This document shows positions 12,149-26,319 of a stretch of 64,000 nt of DNA, in pieces. A program made the translations under genes and the position numbers. Origin of the DNA: Takakia lepidozioides (Eukaryota; Plantae; Bryophyta); NCBI GenBank assembly GCA_030704615.1, contig CM060734.1, positions 8,370,001 through 8,434,000 of the forward strand, written 5' to 3'. The number at the start of each line of letters is the position of its first letter. The first letter of the stretch is position 1. The notes below the pieces were generated by a model. It was given only the letters and a program-made list of their open reading frames with translations. It searched no databases and was not told the origin of the DNA.

Positions 12149-14680
12149 TGTCGCGCACCTTACTTCGGTAAGCTCCCCTTCAAGTCATAGTTACTCGCTT
12201 TGATGCGCGCGCCTAACTCCCAACCTGGCCGCCGGGTCAACTCGGAACTTCGGCTGCTCACCGGGACGTAACGGTCATTTTCTCCCCCAACAGACCCTCC
12301 ACCAATTTGGGCCTAGTGGAAATTCCCTTTGGTAGTTGGCAGTCCGGAATAGTTCCCCACTTCTTGGTCGCTTTCCGGCTCGCTCGCTTACGCATTAGTT
12401 TTTGGTCACCAACGGGCTTGCACCGTTCTCGGGGTTACTACTCCCTATATATACTTCTGTGACTATCCGCACAAACAACCATGTCATTTTATGGCGAACC
12501 ACCACAAAGACCCTCGATTCCCGGTGATGAGTCGCGGTGAGTCTTGGCCCACCCACCACAGCCCCATTGGACCGTAGTGAGTCCCAAGACTCCCTACGAC
12601 TCCCACCACAAGGTCTCCACCCCATGGTGAGTCCTATGCCACCCCCACTAAGTCCCACTAAAGCTACTACCACCCCTTGTGGGGCCACCCCCACCGCAAC
12701 CCGGTGTGCGGGGCTCCACCTAGTGAGCGCCTCTGCCTCCTTGAGTGCCTTGGGCACTCAAGGGTGCTTCAGCCCCCCGTACCTATTGCTGCCACCGCCC
12801 CCCCCACCACAGGGGCAGCCCCTCTGCGTCCCGACCCCTGCCCTCAAGGCAAAGGGCCGCGACACACACCCCTACCAACAGGGAGTCGATGTCCTCATCG
12901 ACTTGTCCATTTTGTAGAAACGAACATCCAAGTTATGGCATCCCACATCAAGGAGTTTGTTTCCGCACCATGGCGTCCCATGACAAAGAACTAAACCCCA
13001 CTCTTGACTCTACTCTCCATTAGCTAGTTCGGCCGACTTCCTCCCAGTCCCGGCCAAGGGTGGAGCCTCTCAAGCTCCACCCAGTGCACTCTTCTTGGCC
13101 TACTTCAAGGCCAAGGAATGATCATCCCCGAGGATCGAATCGCCTTACTGCAACAACATTGCTTGCGACCACTCATGATGCCGCTTTTGGCATCACCTTG
13201 AGCAAGGGTTCACCTTGAACTTTTTTTAACTAGGAAAATAACCTTGAACCAACCGTGCGCCCCAATCACTACAATTGGGTCCGCCTTGGAATGTTGGCCT
13301 GAGGTATGGAAACACGCCGAAGCGGCACTACGACTTCGTCCCGAGGCTACACGATTATAGTACGTGAACGGAAGCACGTAGCTTCCGTGTTAGTCCGCAC
13401 TACAAGACAACCTCCTTTTCGTGCGTAGGCCAACGACTCTCCACCTCATTCAGTTTCTTATTTTCGTAAGCCACTGGACGTCCATCTTGCATTAGCACAC
13501 CCCCCAATCGTGAAGTCTGACGCATCTGTGTGAATCTCAAACGGACGGTCGAACTCCGGGATCTTCAAAACCAGAGCTTCCGCCATCTGCTGCTTCAATT
13601 TGGTAAAGGCTTGGCCACAAAAAGTATTCCACATTCATACCTTGGATTTATACAAGAGGTCCGACAACGGCCCCGCAATCTTGACGAAATTCCTCACATA
13701 CTTTCAGTAGTAGGAGGCGAGTCCCATAAAAGATCGCACTCCCACGACCGAAGCTGGAGGTTCCTAGTCCAAGATCGCCCTCACTTTTCTGTCATCCATT
13801 TTGATCCCATCTTGTGTAATCACATGCCCTATAAACTCCACTTTCGAATTCACACTTTGAAGCTTTGGCATAGAGCTTCACTTCTCGCAATTTCTGGAAC
13901 ATCCTTTTGAGGTGCTCCAAGTGGTCCTCTTTTGTTTCGAGTACACCAAGATGTTGTCGATGTACACAATCACAAAGTCATCTAACCACTCCTGGAAGAG
14001 ACTGTTCATCAGTGTACTAAAGGTCGTTGGCACGTTGGTAAACCCAAAAGACATCACCAATAACTCGCACAAACCATACCTTGTCCTGCACGCCGTCTTT
14101 TCCTCATTTCCTTCCGCTACCCGAATTTGGTGCAAACCCGAGCGCAAATCGATCCGGCTGAAATACTTCGCGCCTGCCAACCGATCGAAGAGGTCGTCAA
14201 TTCTTGGCAAAATGTACCGATTTTTTATAGTCACCTTGTGAGAGCCCTATAATCGACACAAATCTGCAGTGTCCCATCCTTTTTATCTGCAAATAGTACC
14301 GGGGCTCCATAAGGTGACTTACTTGGCCGGATGTATCCCTTTGCCATGAGGTCCTTGAACTGCTCCTTCCGCTCGGAATGACAACAAGTCAGGAGGACTT
14401 CAAACGGCGAACGTGGTGGCAAACCGCTCGATAAATCCTCCGGCATCACATCTCAGTACTTCTCCAAGATTTCTTTTATCCAATTTGGGCTCGGCTTCCT
14501 ATCGACTTCTCCTTCCATTTGTCTCACATAAAGCAAAAACTCGGGCTCGTGTGGTTCCTCCACGGCCCACTCCTTCACCGTTAGTAGGTTTATTCGCCCT
14601 CCTACTCGGTTGGGCATTTCCGATACCTTCAAGACTTCGCTACCGTTCCAACACGGCAGCGTGAATAGTGTCGCATCTGT
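12149..14680 (-). mobile_element. Truncated Ty3/gypsy (chromovirus-like) retrotransposon: 3' LTR 12149-12864, PPT, degenerate chromodomain, RT/RNase H fragments
   Basis: LTR with TGTCGCG...CGCGACA ends, homologous to 25319-26037 and 42373-43094. Purine-rich tract GGTAGGGGTGTG abuts the LTR. RT motifs [20 protein letters not shown] and [12 protein letters not shown]. Frameshifted FV.WDGHGAETNS near 12950-12990. Confidence 0.9.
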
Positions 14681-14830
14681 TTCTCTTGACTCTTGGTTAC
14701 GGGGCAACAACTTCCCCACTATAAGCCTTCATGGTGGTTATATTTTCCACCTTTAAACCTTTTGGGTTCCGTCCCTTTCCCCCCTCAAAAAAAAAAACTG
14801 TGCTTTGTTATGTGAACATTTAATGCATGC

Positions 14831-15500
14831 AGGCCTTCTTTGCCATGACTATTGAGTGCGTCAGGCATAGCGCAAACAGCTGCGACAACTCCAGATTTTT
14901 CCCAGGTCAAGGTTGCGGTTAATTCTGTGGTTGCAATGCTGGATCACAAATCACTCATCGACCCATGATAGAGAGGTTTTGGCACCGAAAACTATTGAAG
15001 GTGAAGTGGAGTTCAAGGAAGTCAGCTTCGCATATCTGACACGCCTAGAGGTCCAGGACTTTCGCGACCTGTCCTTGGAAGTGCACGCTGGCAAGGTTCG
15101 TTCCCTCTTATTCCTCCAACTTTTGCGGGGTGTGATCAATCAGGGGACTAGTCAGCCAAGAGCCCGTCTTGTCCAATGACACCATCTAAGCAAACATCGA
15201 ATATGGGAACGACAAACATCTCACAGACAGTGCAATTGAAGCTTCCTCCAATGCAGCAAACGCCCACAAGTTCATTTCTGGTCTGTCAGAAGAGTACAGT
15301 ACACTAGTGGGGAGAGGGGCATACTTCTTTCAGGAGGACAAAAACAATGAGCTGGTGGTGCAGGTATGTGCCGACATCTGCGGAGTCTCATCAAATGGAG
15401 AATCCAGCAAAGGATAGTGAAGACCTCACTCACCAGACTATCAACAGTCAACAAGCTTTGCCCGACCCAGAATCCGACACCAGTTCATGCTTGGAATATC
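14831..15500 (+). pseudogene. ABCB (MDR/P-glycoprotein) ABC transporter fragment, nucleotide-binding domain
   Basis: IEGEVEFKEVSFAY.TR.EVQ.FRDLSL, LVSQEPVL.NDTI, NAANAHKF..L.EEYSTLVGERG..LSGGQKQ. Stops and frameshifts present; Walker A region missing. Confidence 0.85.
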
Positions 15501-16192
15501 AGAGGATCTACAGGCATTGTCGACCATAGTTCAGTTTTTCGGAGCTCAACGCTCATTCCAAACTATGCACAGCAGCCAGATGGTTTGAAGTACAATGACT
15601 GCCACTATCTGCCTGTAACCTTGACTTCTCAGTCTTACATGGGGAAAATGGTTTCGGGTGGAGGCATTGTGCCTGTGGGTATTATACTGATGAGAGGAAG
15701 GTCTGGTTCTTCTCATGTTCTGCAGCCTTGTATCCGCCTGTTTGTCTTTTTCTCTTCAAAGAAAAAGAAAAGACCTCTCTCCATTCCCTTCCACTCTGGG
15801 TAAGTAGATTTGAATGATTCTCACAACCCAGAGACCTCTAGTGTAGAAGGGTGGCTCTAGTCTAGGGCCTATGTTATGATCATAACTGCAGTCCAGATGG
15901 ACAGAGAAAGAGAACGTGTCAGACAGCTGAGTTGTTCAAATGCTTCGACTTGTGGTTGGCATGACAAAATGGCAACAGAAAACCCCACCCTTGGTAGATA
16001 ATATTACTAAAGAGTCAGCTCATGGGAGGTTTCTACCACTCCTGATTTCCATACCCACAAGCTCCTAACGTTGAAGACAAATGACGCTGCAGATCTCAGA
16101 CTGAAAATTTGCTCACCATAATGTTCTCTCATTAGCATGGAACATAGACATCTTTTCTTTACTCTAGCACAGAATGAAGATGGTCTTTTTCT

Positions 16193-19100
16193 TTACTTTG
16201 ACAGTTGAAATGGCCTTGCAGACACAGATGGGGCAGTAGAGTGGTCCCTCACCAACAACTCTAATACAACACACTCGCTTGGAGGCCTTTTGTACACACA
16301 ACTTCGCTCAAAGAGGCCTGCAGGAATGAAAAGGAAAAGTTGAGTACACTCCGTCACCCTCCCAACCTTCCCTTGATACAAACACCGACGCCGGTCAGAA
16401 CAGTATCAGACAACAGCTACCGGAAGATCCTTGCAAGAAAGGACCAGTACCCATGAAGGCAACCACTGTATGTAGCTCCTTGGAAATTAATCTTTGCATT
16501 CAAATGCAACCATTCGACAAATACTACTCCTGAAACCTTCTACCATGCATCCCTTGACCCTAATTTCTCTGAGCCCTTCATGGAGTGATAGAGAGCAAAA
16601 CAGAGAGCATACCTGCTCCAAGCTTTTGGACCTTGTGCAGCATTGTAGCCAAGGGGAAGCTTGCCCAACGAGTAATAGCAGATTCATTTCCTGGTTTAAA
16701 TCCTAGCAATTTGCCGTCCCTTGAAATCACTACCTGGAGCATCACCACAAAAAAAGAAATATCAGGTGCCTATTATAACCCCAAAATGCATTTCCTTGAG
16801 CAAAGTAGTAATCTCAATAAATAACTCAAAATATTCAGAGCCTCAGTACAAATACAAATCCGAACAAAACCCCTGATACAGAACAAGCATTACAAAATTG
16901 TGAAACAAAAATTCATGATGCTTCCTGAGTAGAGTGCAGTCCCACCCAGCCACTTGCCCTTGCAGCAAGCATCACAGCTTTTCTGCACGATGTTGCTGCC
17001 TCTATCAAGAGCTACCATGTGGCAGGGTGCCAATTTCGGTCAGTAGATATCCTAATATTATGAATTACTCCAAACAGCCCCTGGACATTCCCTTCGTTGA
17101 GATCAAAACAACTACGGAAACATGGCAGGTCATTGTGCACCTGAAAAAGGAGTATATTTTGCTCTGAAGGCAAGTCAGATTTTTGTGGCAAGGTTGAAGT
17201 TTCCTTTTCCACTACCTCAATGGGCTTCTCTTCTGCTGCAGCAATAGAAGAGACTTCCTCTATGAGAATGGTTCGTTCCTTGTACTCAGGGTAGACAATA
17301 TCACCTTCCCTGTAAGCTACAGAGGCTTGACTGTGTGTATCAGAGACCAGGGAACCCTCCCTGGCGTATCCTTCCCATTGCCTTGGTAGGTTTAATTTCT
17401 CCCATTGTGTCAAGTTGGTTCCCATCCAGGCACCCTGACCTGCCTGACTCTCAATATCGTATGGCCAATCTAAGGCATCCTTCACCATAGCCACGACAAG
17501 TCCACACAATACTTCCATCTCTTTTTGTGGCACCTCTTTATTCACAGGCATAACTGGCTGCACATCCACAACAAATCAAGGTGAGTGTATGTTGCCCTTG
17601 AGAATTAGAAGACAACATCCATTTCTGACACCCATGGGTGAGCCATCAGTTTGCCCCAACAGTAAGTGCAAACAGATCACACCAAGGGCTTCAGCAGATA
17701 CATGCATAGCTTCACTTGAAGTTGAAAGCAAGTATTGAGTCTAGGTCTGCTTGCAATGAGAGATGACAAAGAAACACAATATACTCATTGACCATTCCCT
17801 GCACTGTACCCCACAACCCTCCTGGAGCCGGTTGTTGGACCCAACATGGTACAAAAAGTATTCCTTAGTGCTCGAGCACAACAACCAATTTGGTTTCAGA
17901 AATTTAGTGTCGATGTACGGGTTGGTACATATATTGTGGGAGAAAATAGAATGCTGACTTCCAGCACTGGCGCGCTTAGCCTCCACTCGGCCACAAATGT
18001 AACACGGCTGTTGCATTGGCAGTCACACAGTCAAAAAGGCATTGGGGATGGAGAGATAGAGATGGAGAAGACTAAGTGGCGGACTTGTCCATGGAGGAAA
18101 ATACTCAACAGACCTCTTCGTTAGTGAGAGACATTCTCCACTTGTCAAACAGGGATGAGTCTGAAACAGCATTGACTGAGACCGGTGAGCTCTCACGAAA
18201 CACAGCAGATGCAGATGACACATTCCGCAGTCTTGCTGCCCCCACCACCCCTATGAGTAGAGCCCCTCCCAAAACACTGGCCAGTGCTGCTACCCACAAA
18301 GACTCAGCAAACTGCAACAGGTCACATGGGGAACAGAAGGACAAAGACGGTCATCATTTCAGTTTGATTCAATGTTAGCCCTCATGCTCCACCAGAAAGT
18401 GCCACATACACATATGCCATTGGCATGTAAGTATCTCCATAATAATACTATTGAGCCCAAGCGTAGATTTGATGTTGATTGGATGGCCATGAAAGCTTAG
18501 TATAACAATCACAAGGAACCTAACAGGGTAAAAGGTCAGGAACACTTCCGCCCTTGATCAATAAGGGCATCAGAATCCATTGCCTTGATCCATACCAGAT
18601 ATACTGTTGCATTGATTTTACGAAGTCTAGAAATTCCATAGCATTAATGTTCTTACCAACTGGTTAGGACCCACAATAGAGATTAAACCTGGGGGATAGA
18701 ATACAGGAGTATAACAACGACAAATGCAGTAGTGAAATCATCCTGCCTTGTCTCAAGTTCATATGTGGCCCCCCTTGTCAATTGCACTGCAGGATTTCCA
18801 GACAGAGGATTATTGAGTAAGTCATAGGTAAAGTACCTTTTTCCAAGAATAATGAGGAACCTTCAAGTCCAGTCCAGTGCAAAGCTTTTTGCCAGGGCAA
18901 GTGAACTGGTCTTCATAATACAGGTCCAACACATCTGCAAGGTCCACCTAAAGCCACCATTCCACGCTGATTTGATTTGCCAAGCAGCTGAGGCCAAAAC
19001 CAAGCCTCACCCAGAGACCAACATCCAAGAGAAATGAAGACATGAATTAAGCCATCTAAACCTACATGAAAGAAATCTTATGCAGAATGTTGTGATGCTA

Positions 19101-21848
19101 ACATATGATGGCAGGGTTAAGTTATGTGAGCTTCCTTGTGCCTCCTGGTTGTTGGAATATACTTCAATGTTGGAAATGACTTTACATAGTCTGTGATTGG
19201 ACTCTACACATGACTCCGTAGAGTGCAATTGCCCGTTCTGTGGGCAACCTGAAGACAATATTCATTTTCTGATTCATTGTCCGGGGTTCTCTCACCAGAC
19301 AGACGCTCTCCTCAAATCTATCAAGGGAATTGTGCCTGTACCTCTGTTTACCAACTTTGAAAGTCTCGAGGCTGAGCCAAAAGCCCAGGCCCATTTGGGG
19401 CCTAGTTATTGGGCAAACCAGACACAGCAGATTGATGCTTTTTTGAAGGGATTTCTAGAGGATATCTGGAAAACCCGGATGAATTGTTTATTCCTAGGTA
19501 AGTCTTACTACGGGCATCAGCCCCTGACAAAGGTAGGTTCTGTCCCTTTGTGTTCCGCTCAAACTGGGCGCGGGGTCAAGGGTCTCAAGGCTACGGCAAA
19601 CAACGTCCTATGAGTACATTCTGTAGAGTTGGAACACCTGCCTTTGTGGTTATACTCACTCAAGGATGAGCCCCCTGCTTAGCAGATAGCCGGATATAAA
19701 TGCTGCAACATCTCAATTGCTAAGGCTTCTACAATGCATGTGGCCACGATTCCCAGACTCAGGCAGGCCAGGCATTTGCAATCGGATACATTTACAAGTT
19801 TATGAAACTCACCAATTGTGCGTGCGTGAGGTGAAACTCCCATATTCCATCAGTGTCCATTTGCTGCCCTCCAACAACGTTAACATTGAGCTTGTGTAGA
19901 TCGACATGAAGTTTGTGAGCTGGCACATACTCATTGACTTGTGCCTCAAAACACTGTTTCCCAAGAGCATGCCCAGGAGCTACCATTGGCCACCATGCAT
20001 GACTTGGTCGGACCCCAAGGAAGCCTTCTGTATGTATATTTGATAGAATATCTGGATCCTCAAGCAATCTATCTGCGTATAATGACATTTCAGCAGCAGA
20101 CAGAGGGCAGATTCGGACAGCTGATATAGCACTCGGCAACCACTTCAGCTTTTGCCGTCGCTGCAAGAGTTTTGTCCAATTGCCACCTTCCAATGCCTTC
20201 TGCTGTACACTCTCCTTCATGCAGGCCAATGCATAGTTGCACACTGCCTCACCCAGAGTGTCAAGTGCCCTCCCATCCAAGGCTTTCAGGCTAGTCACTG
20301 TCCCAATCTACCCATAACATTGACTGCCTCCAGTTATGAAAGTAGTCCAAGCAAGCCGACAGACATCTTCCATGTTTCAAACAGCAATTGAAGCAAGACA
20401 CCCTCTTTAGGTAGAATCATCTCGGTTCACACAGTAATAACTTCAAATCAGTAATACACTTGGAACAACACTTGGCAGTAAGCCAGTTCAACAATCACCG
20501 TACCTCTTCATGAGCTAGGTTGTACATATCTCTGGAGGTTCCTGCACTGTGAAAACAAAGCTCAAACTTCAAGAGCTGCTGCATTACCACAGCCTCAAAA
20601 GCCCTGGCAAAAGCACTTCCACTTGATGTACTACCTGCCCTCTTCCTTGCCCATATGGTCTTTGCCCTCTCAACAACCATGCGTGTGGGTGCAAGCTGGA
20701 TGGAAATTAGCAACAACAATATTTCAATTCCATGTCCTTGCACATTCAGTCCCAAAAATGCCTTCCTTACTGCTGACCTAAGCAATAAGTTGTACAGAAT
20801 AAGTTGATACGTAACTTACCCAAATGTCGAAGTTTCCGTTAATACGTGTAAGTACTAATCACCACATCCCTCGATCTTCTGCAACCCAAAAGCAAGTGAA
20901 ACCTAATCCCAGATTGCATTAAACCCTAAACCCTGTACTGCCTGAGACAATGACGAGAGCAGAAATGCACCAAAGGAGGATGGAACTAACAAGCTGCGTT
21001 GATATACTGCTATGGTCAGCCGAGCGGCCTGGAATTAGAGACTCGATGGTCATGAGTACTTCGCCCTTAGCAAGCTCTTCGGAGGCAGTACGGCCACCAT
21101 CTGCAGCCATAGCTGCAATCGCCTGCCAAGGAAGAGTATCCCCATTCACCTCTAACGTGCATAAATCATTCCTGTATGCCCTGACCATTGGATATGCCTT
21201 TGATCTCTCCAGTAATTCTGCCTTCTCCCTTTCAGTGGTGTAGTTCCTCCTGTTCCCGACATTGTTCTTCCGTTTACTGTTGTCCTCATATTGTCCATGG
21301 CTCTCCTTTTGAGTAGCTCTGCTCGATGGCTGAGCTCGAGCCTGAAAGCAGCAGCATTGCCGCCTACCAGTGAATTTTGTGTGGCGAAATAAATTTGTCA
21401 CAGTTGAGTGTATTCTAGAAACGTCTATTAGGTGATGTCCGGTTGCCACTCCTCTCGAGAATGTGGAATTGGTCCCACTATACCATCTAGTTTGAGCATA
21501 TGTGGGTGGTACACCCCATCTTCCTCCCACCGTACAATTCCCATAGCATGGATGTAAACTACACAAAGAGTCTTTTCTACAACCACGTTCAGAAAACAAC
21601 ACGGACTGTAAAAGAAGTCCACAGTGAAGCCTTTGGTCCCTTACTAAAACATCCTGGCCAATACTGCCACTACGCTGTCGACATAAACTGCACTTTTGTC
21701 GTAACCTTTGATGGTGTTGAGATGCAGTAGTACAAGATGCTATACCAGTGGCTGGGAACTGCAGGGATTCTTGTTGCGGCACATGCATTTTCCTTAGAAT
21801 CAATTCCCCTGAGGAGGAGCAACCAAGGGTCTGAACACCGAATTGCAT
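16193..21848 (-). CDS. ANU10: ANGULATA10-like plastid protein, 9 exons, about 864 aa, apparently intact
   Basis: Exons 21848-20991, 20854-20820, 20777-20504, 20307-19813, 18947-18837, 18311-18114, 17518-17141, 16733-16613 and 16317-16193 splice in frame with GT-AG sites. Motifs EYVPAHKLHVD, WEFHLTHAQL|VDLADVLDLYYED, a TM helix, VKDALDWP..GAWMG, FQ|VVISRDGKLLGFKP and VVLELL match the family as I recall it. Confidence 0.8.
19060..19613 (+). mobile_element. 3' fragment of a LINE (CCHC zinc-knuckle C-terminus) in an ANU10-like intron
   Basis: CPFCGQPEDNIHFLIHCP ... DIWKTR, typical of the zf-RVT end of LINE ORF2. Confidence 0.7.
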
Positions 21849-23051
21849 CTCCCCAAAAAAAATTCAAGCTAGCTTTGGAGGAAAATTTCACAAAATTCTG
21901 GTCCACGGAGTGCGCCAGATCCTGAGAGCATCTGCATCGCCATTGGGTTCTTCTGAGATCAGAAATTTGTGCAGCGCCACAGAATTCTCTAATTGCAGCA
22001 CGAGACCTCCTTCACGAAGAGCCTCACAGATCCATACTCTATCCATTTCACTAACGGATGATATTTCTGGGTGGAGGATGTTCATTTTATCACTGCCATC
22101 CGAAACCCATCCAAAGTCGGTTTTATATCCATTCGTGATCCATTAACATGTCAGACAATCCATGTGCCTCCACCAATACATCCAGTTACCGACAGACTCC
22201 ATCCATCCACATGTGCATTTGCCATCTAGGCACACGTCATCCACGAATCTTCGACTACAAATATGTCCGTCCACGTGCATCCAAACGGCATCCGTTGGTG
22301 CGCCGCTAGGGTTTCGTCGAGGGGGGAAGAAGCGGCCATAGGTCCGAGCTCAGTGTGCGTGTTGGGAGGAGCTCGAGGGAGGGAAGAGGCAGAGGTAGGA
22401 ATCCTACACACGGATGTGGTTGCCGTGCTGAGGGTCTCCCCAACTATTTTCCCATGTACTTCTGCAGTTTCTCCTTCTTCTCGCGGGGATTCCGTTTCCC
22501 ATAGCCATAGGTGTCTGAATCCAGCATGCATCTTCTTCCCCTATCCCTATGGAATTGTTTACCATTCGCTATGAAAATGATATTGCTGTCCTATCAGAGG
22601 ACAGGATTGTGTCTCTAGCCTATTTTTGTCAACCGTAGGAAATGAACCTGCTGCTAGATGTTTAGGCCACAAATTAGAAACTTACAGGTGAATTTGAGGT
22701 CTGCTTTGATTGAAAGATATGTGCTCGCTCTCTAAACGCTAGACCACTTGATCTACCCTATGAAACACTTTGCATTATCTCCTTCTTTTCACATTCTCTT
22801 GCATCTGAGTCCTCTGTCTGTAATCCTTGCATCAGCCTATATTGATGTACAAAATAACTAACTATGTACTTGGTACCATATCTATTGTTGCAGGAAAAAG
22901 ACTCTACCCTGAAGCTCTACTTTTCTATACTACTCCATCAACCAAAGTGGCTCACACTTGCCGGAAAATCAGATTGCACCAAGCATAGCAAGCTTGCTCC
23001 ATAAAAGTAGATACAAGATAAGAGAGCCATAGTGTCTTGCGTCTCCACTTA

Positions 23052-25318
23052 TCATGCTATAAGCCATGCACCCGCCCCTGGTCCCGCGCAAGATAAGAGC
23101 CTGACACGATGCACATCAGAAGATGCAGCAGAAATCATGCTAGAAAAGGTTTGTTGGTGCATGCGTTCCACAATGGTCTCCTGGAGATGGTCCAAGCCGT
23201 GAGTAACCAACTGCTCAAATGACGGAAGGCAAGCCCGCACTGATGGATGAAGAAGGTCATGTGCAGATTGGAGATGTTGTTGGAATGAGAGTGGACCGTT
23301 ATCCACATGAGCAATGTCATCCATGAGTAGGGGCCACTGGTCACATAGAAATGGAGACGCAAGGGCTGGAGCAACCGGATGAATGCTAATTCGTGAGCCT
23401 GCTCATGAGCTCACATGAGTTTGAGAGCTTGGCCAAGCTCACGTGAGCCTGCGAAGGGGGCCCCATAACCGCAGATATTTCACCTATTTCCATGCATTTC
23501 TATGCATTCGTCTCTTGCCAATACTTATCCCATGATTGAATGACAGCAATATCGGTCACAGATGCTTGTCAAGCGGAAAAAAAAAAAAAAAAAAAAAAAA
23601 AAGTAATCACAAAAATCAATTTCGTTGACGAAACCCAAGTTTGTGTTCACGTGAGTTCAAGTTTGGACAAGAGCTTGAAAAGAAGAAACAAAAAGCAAAA
23701 AAAAAAAAAAAAAACCAATTTTGCTGACGAAACCCAAGTTTGTGCTCACGTGAGTTCAACTTTGGACACTTTTAGCTACGATGAGTTTACACTGTCGAAC
23801 AACGAGATACTACACATGGTGTCCTATTTATTTTGGACGTCCTATTATTTTGTCTTCATTGCCCCTTATATGGGTGTTGACGCCCACATAATTCATGGAC
23901 CTCCCGCAACTCCTCCAATGACACAATAAAATGATTTTTGTTTTATATAATGTGAGGACTTATGTTGGTGTTGACGCCCACATAATTCATGGACCTCCCG
24001 CAAGTCCTCCAATGACCAAAAAAATAAAAATAAAACATCCAAAATTCTCAAAAATAAAATTTATATAAAATGTGGGAACTTATTGTGGCGCCCACATAAT
24101 TCGTGGACCTCCCGCAAGTCCTCCAACGACCACCGGAAAAGAAAAAAGAAAAGAAAAGAAAAATAAATAAAAAAAAAAAACCTAAAAAATTTCAGAAAAA
24201 TATGAACATAAAATGTGAGGACTTATGTGGGTGTTGACATAATTTGTGGACCTCTCGCAAGTCCTCCAATGACACAGTAAGAAATAAAAAATTCAAATTA
24301 TTTCAGAAAAAATAAAAAAACATAGCTTTGTGAGGTCTAGGAATTATGTGGTCGTCAACGCCCACATAACTTGATTACAGGCACATAATGAATGCGCCAA
24401 TACGATTCCAATTTTTGAAATGGCGCTGCTGCTATTCTCGCGGGAATAGGTTCGCATTTGTCCTCGGGTATAGGTCATCTTTCTAATACCGCACCACTCT
24501 GCGTTCACGACCACTAAACGTGACGCCCAAGCTCACGCTTAGTGGGTCAATTGTGAGCCTGGGCTCATAGGCTCACGTGAGCAGGCTCCTGGCATAGCTT
24601 CCCTCGAGCAATCAGAGCCCAACTGCCAAGGAAAACAGAGGGAGCAGTGGTGGCAGTGGAGAGTAAACCCACCCCGCCAGCGGACACAGGTAAGATGGCT
24701 TGTTGCCGAGGTAAAGCCCCTTGCAGGGAACCATCCAGAGCACCGGGCCCCAGTAAATGACCAAAAATCCCCATAATCTGAGCATCAAACTGTGGCAGAG
24801 GCTGTAGGATTCAGCGGTAGGTGGAAAAGACCGTAAAAGGTAGGATGGTCGTTGAATGAAACACCTTATGAGAATACCATAGGCTACTTGTGGATCCCCA
24901 AGCCTAGGAGGGAGCTCGGAATGGGAGATGCCCTCTTGAAGTGCGTTTTCTAGGTAAGGTGAAGTGACTGAGATGGTGCCAAAAGGTTCGCCCAAGATCC
25001 GGATGCCGTCAGATGGTGTGAGAGAATGAGCAGGTGGCGAAAAACCAGATGGTAAACCGGATGGAGACCACATGACACACTTGCGAGGTTGAACGGAGAG
25101 CCCCACAAAGTGCAACTAGGTGATGAAATGACTGTAAGTCGGGAGGACCTCGAATGCTGGACCGACGATGTGGGTGTTATCTGCAACAAAAGGGAATAGA
25201 CAAGAAGGACATGCTTATGCAGACAACGTAAGAGCGCGCACATGTGTCATGGTAAAAAGATGACCTCCTAATGGATCGCCTTGACGAGTGCCCACCTCCG
25301 ACTGTACGATATTGTAGT
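23052..25318 (-). mobile_element. CRE-type non-LTR retrotransposon remnant, interrupted by TIR element C
   Basis: GTRQGDPLGGHLF (RT), GLSVQPRKC, GIRILGEPFG, QAILPVSAGGVGL and RLLSCAGPGAGAWL. The reading frame (GSWALIA/PALASPF) resumes across the 23380-24603 insertion. Confidence 0.8.
23380..24603. mobile_element. Non-autonomous TIR element, copy C of the unclassified family
   Basis: Left end TGAATGCTAATTCGTGAGCCTGCTCA; right end (reverse complement) GGGAAGCTATGCCAGGAGCCTGCTCACGTGAGC. Flanks TGGAGCAACCGGA (23367-23379) and TCGAGCAATCAGA (24604-24616) match at 10/13. Internal TATGTGGGYGTTGACGCCCACATA repeats at 23866-24369. Confidence 0.75.
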
Positions 25319-26319
25319 TGTCGCGGCCCTTTGCCTTGAGGGCACGGGGTCGGGACACAAGAGGGGCTGCCCCTATGGTGGGGGCAGTGGCAACAATAGG
25401 TACGGGGGCTGAAGCACCCTTGAGTGCCAAGGCACTCAAGGGAAGCGCTCACTAGGTGGAGCCCCGCACACCGGGTTGCGGTGGTGGTGGTTCCACGAGG
25501 GGTGGTGGTAGCTTAGTGGGTCTTAGTGGGGGTGACATAGGACTCACCATGGGGCGGAGACCTTGTGGTAGGAGTCGTGGGGAGTCTTGGGACTCATCAC
25601 GGTCCAATGGGGCCGTAGTGGGTGGGCCAAGACTCACCGCGACTCATCACCGGGAATGGAGGGTCTTTGTGGTGGTTCGCCATAAAATGACTGGGTTGTT
25701 TGTGAAACCCCCGCGGACAGTCACAGAAGTACATATAGGGAGTAGTAACCCCGAGAACGGTGCAAGCCCGTTGGTGACCAAAAACTAGTGAGTGAGCTTG
25801 CGAGCCGGAAACCGACCAATGTATGGGGAGTTGTTCCGGACTGCCAACAACCAAAGGGAATTTCCACTAGGCCCAAAGTGAGAGAGGGTCTTGTGGAGGC
25901 GGAAAGGGGGACCGTTATGTCCCGGTGAGCAGCCGAAGCTCCGAGTTGGCCCGGCGGCCAGTTTGGGAGTTAGGCGCGCGCATCAAAGCGAGTAACTATG
26001 ACTTGAAGGGGAGCTTACCGAAGTGAGATGCGCGACACTTGGTATCAAAGCTTAGAGTTCAGTACGTGATCGTCCTTAAGATCGGCCTCATTATGGGGTC
26101 GGGCAAGACAGCGCGAAAGCGGAACGACCCGAAAGATGATGATCCTGGTGAGCCCGGTGGGGGCGACGTGTAACCAAAGCGGCAATTGGAAGAGGCGATT
26201 CATGCTTCTGAAAGCGAGGCCGCTCAGAAATGGGAGGAATTTTGGGAGTCGGAGCCCGAGGACTTCCCCGAGGCTCCGCCAGACCAACAGATGCCTCCCA
26301 TGCCAGCAGCCTTTTGGGA
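25319..26319 (+). mobile_element. Ty3/gypsy 5' LTR (25319-26037), tRNA-iMet PBS (26040-26051) and start of gag, cut by the CACTA insertion
   Basis: TGTCGCG...CGCGACA ends; PBS TGGTATCAAAGC; internal sequence matches 43095-43367. Confidence 0.92.

Noticed and set aside
12395-13023. ORFs recurring in the LTR copies (also at 25456-25788, 41758-42090 and 42608-42961)
   Set aside because: Chance open frames in a GC-rich repeat; they are broken differently in each copy.
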